The notes under the pieces: model-generated
Told to the model about the DNA's origin: nothing
What the model saw: only the letters and a program-made list of their open reading frames with translations
Database searches by the model: none
Program-made: the position numbers and the translations under genes
Shown: piece after piece, positions 38,001 to 47,998 of the stretch
Numbering within the stretch: the first letter of the stretch is position 1
Layout of the letters: the number at the start of each line of letters is the position of its first letter
Source of the DNA: Macrostomum hystrix
Taxonomy: Eukaryota > Animalia > Platyhelminthes
DNA: 64,000 nucleotides
Direction: 5' to 3'
Assembly: GCA_950097015.1 (NCBI GenBank)
Contig: CATNEN010000034.1
Location: 5,208,001 to 5,272,000, forward strand

Positions 38001-41000
38001 GGTTGTGCTCCCAGTGGCCATATCGTTCTTCAACGAAGACCTCAGTCCGCACTGGATTATATTCAACTGCGTGTCGGATACCATCTTTTTAAGCGACATT
38101 GCTGTCAACTTTAGAACAGGTACGAGACGGCAATACAGTTCGTTTTCAAGTTTATTATATTTTAATAATTCTAGCTTTAGCACTTCTTTAAGCGTAACTC
38201 TAATTGGCTTAAGGGGTAGGAAGTTTTCTGAGCGCTTTAGTGGTCAGAAATTGTGCTGATCTCTGATTGGCTGGAAGGGTGAAACTGCAAGCGCTGATAT
38301 ATTATGATTGGCTTGACAGCCAAAATAATATAGGCAGAGGTTAGGCAGAAGTTAATCAAAGCAGTTTTCTGCTGATAAGTCAGAAAGATAAAACAATTTA
38401 CCGACAAGAACTTCCGACCAACCAGATTTTCTGTGATGAGAAAGAACGATGATTCAGGAAACAAGTCAGCTAGATAAAGATACAGAAAAATAAAAGAAAA
38501 ATGTTTCTGTTTCTAATGGATATTCATCGATGCATTCTTGACGGAATAAAGAAGATTTAAGTCAAGAACACAGAAGGGAGGCACTGAAGCGTACCTCGAT
38601 TGCAGGCTCCTGCAACAGCTCTTCCTCCTTAGAGGGCCGCCGATGCCACTTGATTCAGAAAATCACCTGGCCTCATTAATTTCGTCTGCTAACTGCAGTT
38701 TCGTCTGTAGACTCTTCAGCCTGGCAATCACGTAGAACTAATAGAGGCTCACCCACTTATCTCTATGCTCAAGGCGTGATCACAAACGACTTTGCCGAAG
38801 AGATCATACTCGACCCCAAGATGATAGCGCAGCACTATGTCAAGTCTTGGTTCTTCCTCGACCTCATCTCATCAATTCCAATGGACTACATATTCCTGGT
38901 GCTAAACCAGCGGAACAACATCAGCCAGCTCGTGCACGCAGGTGAGACCATACTAAATTTTTTCAGCCAATCAGATTAGACTTGAAAGAAGGCCGAATTT
39001 CTTTTGCAGGCCGAGCGCTGCGCATCCTGCGGCTGGCCAAGCTGCTCAGCCTGCTGAGACTGCTCCGTCTGTCTCGATTGGTCCGCTATGTCAGCCAATG
39101 GGAGGAAGTAAGTCTAATTTTTATAATCAGATTTTGATATTCATTAAAACACAAAAATGTACATTGCTTTACTAACCATTCTTTTATTGGCGTAGACGTA
39201 TTGCGTAACGTATAATAGTAAGCGCCAGGGACTGTTTGAAAGGCCTATCTAAAAGCCCCGGTCGGCTTGTATGTCAGTCTCTCTCTGTGTCTGGTTTCAG
39301 TTTTTTCAAATTGCCAGCAAGTGCTTCGGTATTATCAAGCTGGTGCTAATCATGATGCTGCTCGGTCACTGGAACGCCTGCTTCCAGTTTCTCATACCGT
39401 TTCTCAGCGATTTCCCGAGCGACTCCTGGGTGGCTAAGCGTGGACTAAAGGTGACTCTGGGTTGACTAGGCTTCAAATTTGACCAGGTCCATGACTGTCC
39501 TTGAGAATGAATTATTGATCTAAAACACCGAAGATCACAAGCAAACTCCCATTGCACAATCTAGCCAGGTTGTCAGAGATGCCTAAATATAACTTGCGAT
39601 TCAACAGCCTTTCCGGTACACTGACGTCTGGCTCAGGGTTTTGCTTTGCGGAGTTAGTTGAACTTCGGTGTGCATTGATCAGCAATTTCCTCGCTCCTGC
39701 CCTGTACATCCTTGATCCCGGTTCTGAACATCCTTGATCCCGATTCTGAACATCCTTGATCCCAGTTCTGAACATCCTTGATCCCAGTTCTGAACATCCT
39801 TGATCTCAGTTCTGAACATCCTTGATCCCGATTCTGAACATCCTTGATCCCAATTCTGAACATCCGTGATCCCAGTTCTGAGCATCCTTGATCCCGGTTC
39901 TGAGCATCCTTGATCCCAATTCTGAACATCCGTGATCCCAGTTCTGAGCATCCTTGATCCCGGTTCTGAGCATCCTTGATCCCAATTTGGTTGTGGCACA
40001 TTGCCTGAGAATTGAACAATCACTGAAGTCCATGACTCGCGGCTCATTGCTTCAAGCCTCAAGCTTTCTGGCCCCAGAAAATTGAAGTCATGGCTGCATG
40101 GAATTTCTTTTTCGAAGCGTCATTGGTTTTGATTTTATTGATCTAAGAGCAAATGGTCTCAGCTTTCTCTTGTCAAGGAACTGTGAGATATCATAGTTAT
40201 AGTAGCCTTAGCTTACTGACACAATTCCAACACATGTTTTATAGTCATAATCTACGTAGTTAATCCTGATTTGTGCACTTAGTTAGTCTGTGGTCCCTGA
40301 TCATTTGTTTCTTTGTTCGGAAGTATTTTTTCGATAGGATGTTATAATTCGTGGCTAAAATGGATTCATTTTCATTTATAATAGTAAATATGAATGAGTT
40401 ATTGACACTCCATCCTGGCCCTTGCACTCCTGTTTGACAAGACATTCCAAGCACAAACTCACTCACACACACACACCTGCTTTCAGTTGCTGAACGTTGC
40501 CAATAAGTTTATGGGGATATTTAACCTCGTGCTGCTGATGCTGCTGCTTGGCCACTGGAACGCCTGCCTGCAGTTCCTGATCCCCCTGCTTCAGGACTTC
40601 CCGGACCAGTCCTGGGTGGCCCGTTGCGGCCTGAAGGTGAATTTTTCGTGGCCTCTTCACTCACAGCATCTGTACTCAGCCTTCCTTCCTCATTTCATTC
40701 AACCAAGATGCTCGCATGCTTAGCATTGTTCGAAGCGTTCTTCAGCTCGTGTTAACAATGCAATCTTGCACTTTTGCAGTTTTAAGGTCTACTTTAAACA
40801 TGTATGGCATTTTTTATCAACAAAGCAAGAATCGCAAAATTTAAGCAACCGCTCGTGCGGTTTTATGTGGAGAATATCCCTACAGATTGACATGTTCACC
40901 AATTAGAAAATGCACTTTCTTATCCTTCGGTATTGTGTAAAGCCTTTTTGTACAGCACGCAAATTTGTATGTTTTTTAAATTATTATCTTTATCGCTTTT

Positions 41001-44000
41001 CGGATAAATTTAAGCCATTCAACTGGCATTGCTACCGTGACCCGAGGTGAATCAGACCAGGTGCAATTGTTGCCCTTCAAACAGTCTGTCATGTCTGTTC
41101 TCTTTCCAGCTGCTAAATGTAGCGTCAGTGTTCATCCGGGTCGTGAACCTAGTCTGCCTGATGCTGCTGCTGGCGCACTGGAATGGCTGCCTGCAGTTCC
41201 TTGTGCCAGCTATCCAGGACTTCCCCAAGGACTCCTGGGTTAGGAAGCTAAACATCCAGGTACCGCCTCCCCGCCTCACCTTACTCCTGAGACTGTATGA
41301 TAAGCCGGAGTCTGAAAATTTAGTTTTTACCTTCATCAGTTTTGTTACCATATTTTTTTTATTCTGATGAATTAGTTACTAAATTTTACTTTGACTTAAA
41401 TTTTGCTCTCATGAATTCACAATGTATTTCACAGAAAAAAATCATTTCTTCACTAACTAACCGATTTATAGTGGAACAAAAGCAATTAAACCAAGCCCAG
41501 CAACAACTACCCAAAGCTGTGTACAAAGCTTCCACACATACCCGACATCAGTTCAGCTCTTTTTTTATTTATTCAGGATAAAATTTTTAATTCTACTCGT
41601 TATTAGAAATTTTCTCTAATTTATAGGAGTCTTCATTTGTAACTTTAAAAAGTTCAGCATTGTTAGCGCTAATGCACATTAACATGGAATAAGCGCTCAC
41701 CTGTTTAACAAACATTCGCATGAGTGACTATACACTCGCATGCAAAGTACTTGCATGAACAATACCGTATATACACTCTGTTTAAAATATGTTTATTTCC
41801 GCATGTTGAACGCATATTCTGACAAGAAAGTTAATTGGACGGAAATGAGAAACAAAGGACAAACAAGGTTCCAAAAAATCTAAAAAATTATGACGCTTCG
41901 AAAAATGCTCGCCACAATGCGCATCTTGAAGCAGCAGAGCCCTCAACCGCGGGACAAGCACACATGACGACACATATTTAACAGTAGAACTACCAAGGGG
42001 GGGGGGAATTCCCCCCCTGACAATTTTTTTGCTGCACCCGAACGGAACAATGCAGGCACACGAAACTCAAGAACACGGGCCAACTTTTTGTTGCGCATCT
42101 TCTGAAACAAGAAACAAGTCGCCAGCTCTTCAGACCGTCGAGATATTCAATGTTTCTGGCCGAAGGTCCGATTTTTCCCATAAGAGCTTGTGTATTTCAT
42201 ACACCCCTATACACGAATTTGCAGTGCGCCTCAGTGCGGCCTTTCCAGGCCTTCAAACTTTATCAGCATGTCACCCGAATGTGCCTGCATCATCTCCGAC
42301 TTCGGCGGTCACCGACCTTTATCTAGACGGAGCAGCTGGACCTTCAACAAGTAATAGTTGAGTTTAAGCCAATATCGAGGCTTTATTAGAGAAAGTTGAA
42401 AAATTCGCTTTAGGGACTCCATTGCCAGCAGGAGGCACCCTGCTGACGGTGCTGACGGCGTCGGGTGGTGACTGATTGGTTGACGGACTAGAGGAGCATG
42501 TAAAGTAGTTGAGTGTTGCCCAATATCGAGGCTTGATCAGCGAAAGTAGAGAAATTCGCTTTAGGGACTCCATAGTCGGCTGGTGCCACTTGTTGAAGGT
42601 CCAGCAGCTCCGTCTAGATAAAGGTCGGTGACCGCCGAAGTCGGAGATGATGCAAGCACATTCGGGTGACATGCTGATAAAGTTTGAAGGTCTGGAAAGG
42701 CCGCACTGAGGCGCAGTGCAAATTCGTGTATTGGGGCGTATGAAATACACTTACTCTTATGGGAAAAATCGGACCTTCGGCCAGAAACATTGAATATCTC
42801 GACGATGTCGATGTTTTGAGATTCTGGAGGCTTTTCATCTGATAGAGCGGAAAATGTTTGGACTTTTATGCGGATTGCTTGAATCTTTTTTGAGATACCG
42901 AAAAACAATTTTTTTAATTGTTAATCAGTTAATCAGTTTTTCTACGTTTAAAATGAAAGATACAAAACAGAAACAGTGTGGGCTGCCACGGTTGAAGGCT
43001 GTAAGCTGTCAAATCCTTCTGCCAAGTCTAAAAAAACTCCCTTGCGTTCCCAGAATGCGATTATCATTGATTTATTGATTAGTCCACAATTCTCAGTCCG
43101 TTTATCCCCCCCAAACACATTGTCCCCATTCTGCAACGCCAACGACCACGGTCGACGCTCGGACAGGAGGTGCACTGGTTCCAGCAGTACACCTGGGCCC
43201 TGTTCAAAGCCATGAGTCACATGCTGAGCATTGGCTACGGTCAGCACCCGCCAACAAGCATCAGCGAGGCCTGGATCACCATCGTCAGCATGATGACGGG
43301 ATCGTCCTGCTATGCCCTGTTTGTTGGCCATGCGGCTGCTCTCATTCAGAGCTTCGACACATCGAAACGTTTGTACAGAGAGAAGGTGAGTCCAGTTAAT
43401 TCTGTAGTTAAATGAATTTTTCAGGGGGTGGCAGAAGGCATAACGTGTTTGCCTCTGGCACCAAGGTCCCTGAGCTGGATTCTCTTGCGAGGCCACATTC
43501 ATTTGGGGCGCAGCCGCGGAGAGAAGGCTTGGGGGCTTGTCTTGCAATTTACGCCCTCGAGGGCCAACCTCCAAGGCACAGTGAGAGTGTACACTGCCTG
43601 ACGATGAGAAATTCAGGGCAGATGTACACACCTGTGTGAGCGTGTGTCTGTGTACGGTATCTATGTGCGTGTGTGCTCAGGAGTCAGCGAAATGGGCAGA
43701 ATTTCCCCCTCACTGGCTACGGGCCCTTTGACACCAAGTGATGTACCAGTGGCCCCTAACCCTCCTGCAATTATTATTGTTATTACGAGCTATTATAAAA
43801 TTATTCTGTGATGCTTTTTATCGCGAAGGTAAACATTAAAGGTAACGATTCTGACAAAAGTTCCCCATTTTCTATAAGCGCAACCTTTTAGATCGCTGCT
43901 AAGTACACCTCGAGGTATACCAATTAGTTTAAATTTCATCCCATTGTCGACTACATCTACCTGTATATACGCTGAGGGAATCTCATTAGGCTTTTCTACC

Positions 44001-47000
44001 TGTTAATATTTTAACTTTTATCACTTGTTCCTAAAAACCTGGCCTAATCAGTTCAAGCAGGTTGAGGAGTACATGGCCTATCGAAAGCTGCCGCGAGCAC
44101 TGCGTCAAAGGATTGCCAACTACTATGAGCACCGCTATCAGGGCAAGATGTTTAACGAGAACGACATCCTGAGCGAGCTGTCCGAGTGTCTGCGCGAGGT
44201 GAGAAAGCTTTGGAGATGGTTTGCAGAACGCGTAACTCCGACTGTACAAACAGAACCTCAATTCAAGCACGTGCTCTTGTACATACCTCAGAGAGTGTTC
44301 TAGTACATACCTCAGAGAGTGTTCTAGTACATACCTCAGAGTGTGTTCTAGTACATACCTCAGAGAGTGTTCTAGTACATACCTCAGAGAGTGTTCTAGT
44401 ACATACCTCAGAGAGTGTTCTAGTACATACCTCAGAGAGTGTTCTAGTACATACCTCAGAGAGTGTTCTAGTACATACCTCAGAGAGTGTTCTAGTACAT
44501 ACCTCAGAGAGTGTTCTAGTACATACCTCAGAGAGTGTTCTAGTACATACCTCAGAGAGTGTTCTAGTACATACCTCAGAGAGTGTTCTAGTACATACCT
44601 CAGAGAGTGTTCTAGTACATACCTCAGAGAGTGTACTAGTACATACCTCAGAAAGTGTACTAGTTTCAGAAAGTTCAGAAAGTTCAAGTACCTTAAGTAC
44701 AAATACCAACAAAATATGTCTCACTAAGAAGCCTACAGAATATCGTTAACCCAACCATCCTTACCACATCCAACCAGCAAATCATCAACTACAACTGCCG
44801 CGCCCTGGTGGCGGCGGTGCCATTCTTCACTTACGCCGATCAGGACTTTGTCTCCGAGGTCGTCACCCGACTCAAATACGAAGTTTTCCAACCTGGCGAT
44901 CTCATCATCAAGGAGGGCACCATAGGCACCAAGATGTACTTCATTCAGGAGGGCATTGTGGACATCATTACGAGAGACGGGGAGGTAGCGACCAGCCTGT
45001 CGGATGGGTCCTACTTTGGAGGTGAGGCTGCTTCTCGCACCAAGGTCCCTGAGCTCGATTCCGCCGCGAGGCCACATTCATTTGGGGCTTGTCATGCAAT
45101 CTACGCCCTTGAGGGCCAACCTCCAAGGCACAGTGAAATGTACACTGCCTGACGATGAAAAAGTCATGGCAGATGTACAACCCTGATGTACAGATGTGAG
45201 CGTGTGTCTGTGTACGGTATCTGTGTGCGAGTGTGCTCAGGAGTCAACGAAATGGGCAGAATTGTCTCCTGGCTTGCTCACCATTGCCAGCAGCCCTCCT
45301 GCCATTATTATTTAGATTTTTACTATTAACCACGTTGGTCTTCAAACTTTCTTATAAACTACGAGTACAAGGAGCTTCTAGGAAAAACACTAAAACTTAG
45401 GTCGTTCTCAATCAATCGATGACATAGGCGCGAATCCTCCAATTCTCACCTTTTTCCTATCATTAGTTTATCGAATTCTTTGGCCGAATTCTCGCATTCG
45501 ACCCCGGCTCATTTCGGTCTGTGGAGGAGGATGGGGTTGGCTGCAGCTAGCAACGGCAGCTTCCCAGGTATTGAGTCGCAGCTAATTGAGTTTTCGTCCG
45601 TGCGTGGGCCACAGGCACTATTGTGAGCAGAGCAACCAATTTTGTCTCTGCTTCCCCCCGTCCACTGAGATTGATTCCTGTGTAGTTAATCGCCTGCCAC
45701 GCTTATTAGTGACTCGAAGAATCCTGATAGATAGATAAGACAGGCACGGATGGGATTCAGAATATGAGATCTGGGGAGTTGGAGCGCGGAGGGGGAATTG
45801 TCGTTCGAGGAGTGAGAGAGACTCAATTTTTCCCCTTCGTGGGAGTTTCCCAGAGAGACACAGAGTAGGGAGAGTTCAGATTCCGCACCGCCCTGGGGGC
45901 CGGACACTAATGAGGACCGAGTTTGCCGTATCGGTGGGGACTGCGGCAATGCCTGCCTGTGGAAACCCGCTCCCCTACTCTAAAGGGTTTGGAAATCCCA
46001 TCTGATAAGTGCGGCTGTGCGTTTTTCCAGGAAAACTTTTCGGGAATTACAGCTTAATGTATATTTTTCATTGTGAAGCTTTCAAACTAGATAGAAAATT
46101 TGTTGCATTTATCTTGTCTGCAAAATTGAATTCCCAAATAGGTCTGGGATTAAAGTGTGTTAAAATGACTCGGCCAAATGGGGAAAAATTAATAATTATG
46201 ACTACATTCATTTGTTTTTGTGTGAAAAAATCATGTACAAATATAGAACAATTGCCGAACTGATGCCATGACTGACACCACCGATTCAATGTTCCAAAAC
46301 ACTTGTGCAATGACCCAAATCACCGATACCATGACCCAAACACTGACATAATGACCTAAAACATTGATATAATGACCCAAGAAACAATAACCCAAATCTT
46401 GAGATCATGACTCAAGCCATCGATAGAATGATCCAAATAACTAACTTCATGACCCAAACAACTGATACAATTACCCAAACCGCCGATGCAATGACCCAAA
46501 CCACTGATACAATGACCCAAAACACTGACATCATGACCTAAAACATAGATATAATAAACCAGATAAAATAAATATAATAATAGATATAATAAGCAACAAT
46601 GACCCAAGCCATTGATAAATGACCCGAATCACTGACGCAATGACCCAAGCCATTAACGCCATGACCCAAAACCGCCGATGCAATGACCCAAACCACTGAT
46701 ACAATGACCTAAACCACCGATGAAATCACTCAAATCGCAGAGATTTGCCTGCTGACAAATGCCAGACGAGTAGCCAGCGTCCGTGCCGAGACCTACTGCA
46801 ACCTGTACTCTCTGGAGAGGGAGAATTTCCTGTCCGTGCTGGACAACTATCCGCTGATGCGTCGCACCATGGAATCCGTGGCCGCGGAAAGGCTGAGCAA
46901 GATTGGCCAGAACCCACAGATGGTGAGCAGTCGAGCTGATCTCAAAGAGGACCTCAACCTGGTCAAGGAGATTGTCAACCAGGTTACACCGGCTACCAGC

Positions 47001-47102
47001 GACGACAACGACGATGGCGGCTGCGGCGGCCGGCTGCGCCAGCGGCGCCGAGGGCGTCGGAGGCGACGCTCCCGGCAGGAAGTCGTCGCCGCCACCGGCT
47101 GA
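31097..47102 (+). CDS. HCN: Hyperpolarization-activated cyclic nucleotide-gated channel (HCN/Ih); exons 31097-31292 (tentative), 34395-35247, 37956-38119, 38774-38941, 39010-39107, one of [39301-39450 | 40487-40636 | 41110-41259], 43167-43385, 44052-44198, 44778-45021, 46741-47102 (~866 aa)
   Basis: HCN domain ([24 protein letters not shown]), S4 [32 protein letters not shown], pore [16 protein letters not shown]-linker [13 protein letters not shown] and [26 protein letters not shown]. All junctions are GT-AG and phase-consistent. Exon 1 is supported only by an ATG, a gtgagt donor and matching phase 1. Confidence 0.96.
31328..32001. repeat. Minisatellite, 16 bp unit GAGAGTCACACAATAT
   Basis: About 42 units, starting about 35 bp after the putative HCN exon 1 donor. 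Confidence 0.96.
33322..33557. repeat. Minisatellite, 13 bp unit GGGGATCGGGATT
   Basis: Tandem units. Confidence 0.95.
36278..36676. repeat. Minisatellite, 22 bp unit CATCCCGGATCCCAATGCTGAG/A
   Basis: About 18 units in an HCN intron. Confidence 0.95.
37507..37894. mobile_element. Second CAGTAG/TTAA MITE family member, 388 bp, HCN intron
   Basis: TTAA(37503-37506)|CAGTAGAGAGGC ... GTCTTTCTACTG|TTAA(37895-37898). Confidence 0.7.
39301..39450 (+). CDS. HCN: HCN alternative S5 exon A ([50 protein letters not shown])
   Basis: tttcag|...aag|gtgact; 150 nt, phase 0-0, open frame. Confidence 0.9.
39703..39985. repeat. Minisatellite, 22 bp unit GAACATCCTTGATCCCAGTTCT
   Basis: About 12 units; similar to the 36278-36676 unit. 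Confidence 0.93.
40487..40636 (+). CDS. HCN: HCN alternative S5 exon B ([50 protein letters not shown])
   Basis: tttcag|...aag|gtgaat; 150 nt, phase 0-0, open frame. Confidence 0.9.
41110..41259 (+). CDS. HCN: HCN alternative S5 exon C ([50 protein letters not shown])
   Basis: ttccag|...cag|gtaccg; 150 nt, phase 0-0, open frame; closest to the canonical HCN sequence. Confidence 0.9.
41982..42880. mobile_element. CAGTAG/TTAA MITE copy plus an inverted partial copy (fold-back arrangement), HCN intron
   Basis: TTAA(41978-41981)|CAGTAGAACTAC, near-identical to 4759 onward. 42136-42352 is inverted at 42588-42804. No intact right end was found. Confidence 0.75.
43422..43785 (+). mobile_element. 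tRNA-derived SINE copy 7, HCN intron
   Basis: GGGGTGGCAGAAGG head, conserved body, CCTCCTGCAATTATTATT tail. Confidence 0.86.
44272..44662. repeat. Minisatellite, 24 bp unit TAGTACATACCTCAGAGAGTGTTC
   Basis: About 16 units in an HCN intron. Confidence 0.96.
45028..45312 (+). mobile_element. tRNA-derived SINE copy 8 (5'-truncated), immediately after the HCN CNBD exon donor
   Basis: CTCGCACCAAGGTCCCTGAGCTCGATTCCGCCGCGAGGCCACATTC ... CCCTCCTGCCATTATTATT. Confidence 0.85.
46309..46725. repeat. Degenerate ~21-22 bp minisatellite (ATGACCCAAAC..CTGATAC) ending just before the last HCN acceptor
   Basis: Recurrent ATGACCCAA core. Confidence 0.8.
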
Positions 47103-47998
47103 GCGTCGCAAGTCGGTGGTGAAACTCGGCCTACAGAAGCTCGGCCTGTCGTCGAAATCGCGCGGAAATTTGTTCGCGAATTTCCACCTGGGCCATCATC
47201 ATCATCAGCATCACCTGGAAGCCATTGCCGACCCTAGCGGTGCGTCAACATCTGCTCAGTCGCCGCCTCTGCCGCGGCCGCCTGGCTACGAGGTGGCAAC
47301 GTCGGGACCCGCGGCAACTGGCGTTGTTGCGCAACAGCAGGAAATCACCACCGACAAAGAGTCGGCCGTTTAACAAAGAGTTCAAACCATGAATTCCTTG
47401 GCGTACATGAACTGTAGTAAGATCAAACATTATATTTTTAACTTACAGTTCATTTTTGTTGAATGCTTCGCTTCATGTTCGTTGGCATATTTTTATTTTT
47501 ATGACTAAAATTAACTACGTACAAAATTTTCTAGATTTCGTTAAATTTTCGCTCGTAAGATCAACTTTAATCTGTAGCAACAAAGGCCTTTTAATATTCC
47601 AGTTTTATTAGATTTCAAATTTTCGCCTGTGTCATCATTTTCTATCGCAGCTAATCATTCCGAGCTAGCCAGAAATTCTGACGTCCGGAACTTCTTTGAT
47701 CTGCTGCAGAAGCCGGGCATTTTCTGGGCTAATCTCATTAGTTCCCCTGGGTTGTCACACTTTGCTATATCTATTTCATTCTCTGTCCCCGGCAACTGAT
47801 GAAGGATCACTCCCCATTTCCTTATGCAGAGTTGGCATGAGAATTTCAAGGGACATTGTTTCAGCTCCTGCTGTGCAGCAAACGAAGTACATTCGCCCCG
47901 CTAACTGAACTACTTTGTGGTATAGAGAGGCTGCTTACTTCAACAGAAAATAAGTATTCAAATTCTATCAATAAGTATTCATTCTATCTCCCAATAGA

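Noticed and set aside
44031-44749. ORFs with 8-aa repeats overlapping the HCN C-linker exon
   Set aside because: They read through the 24-bp intronic minisatellite; the exon has a canonical donor at 44198.
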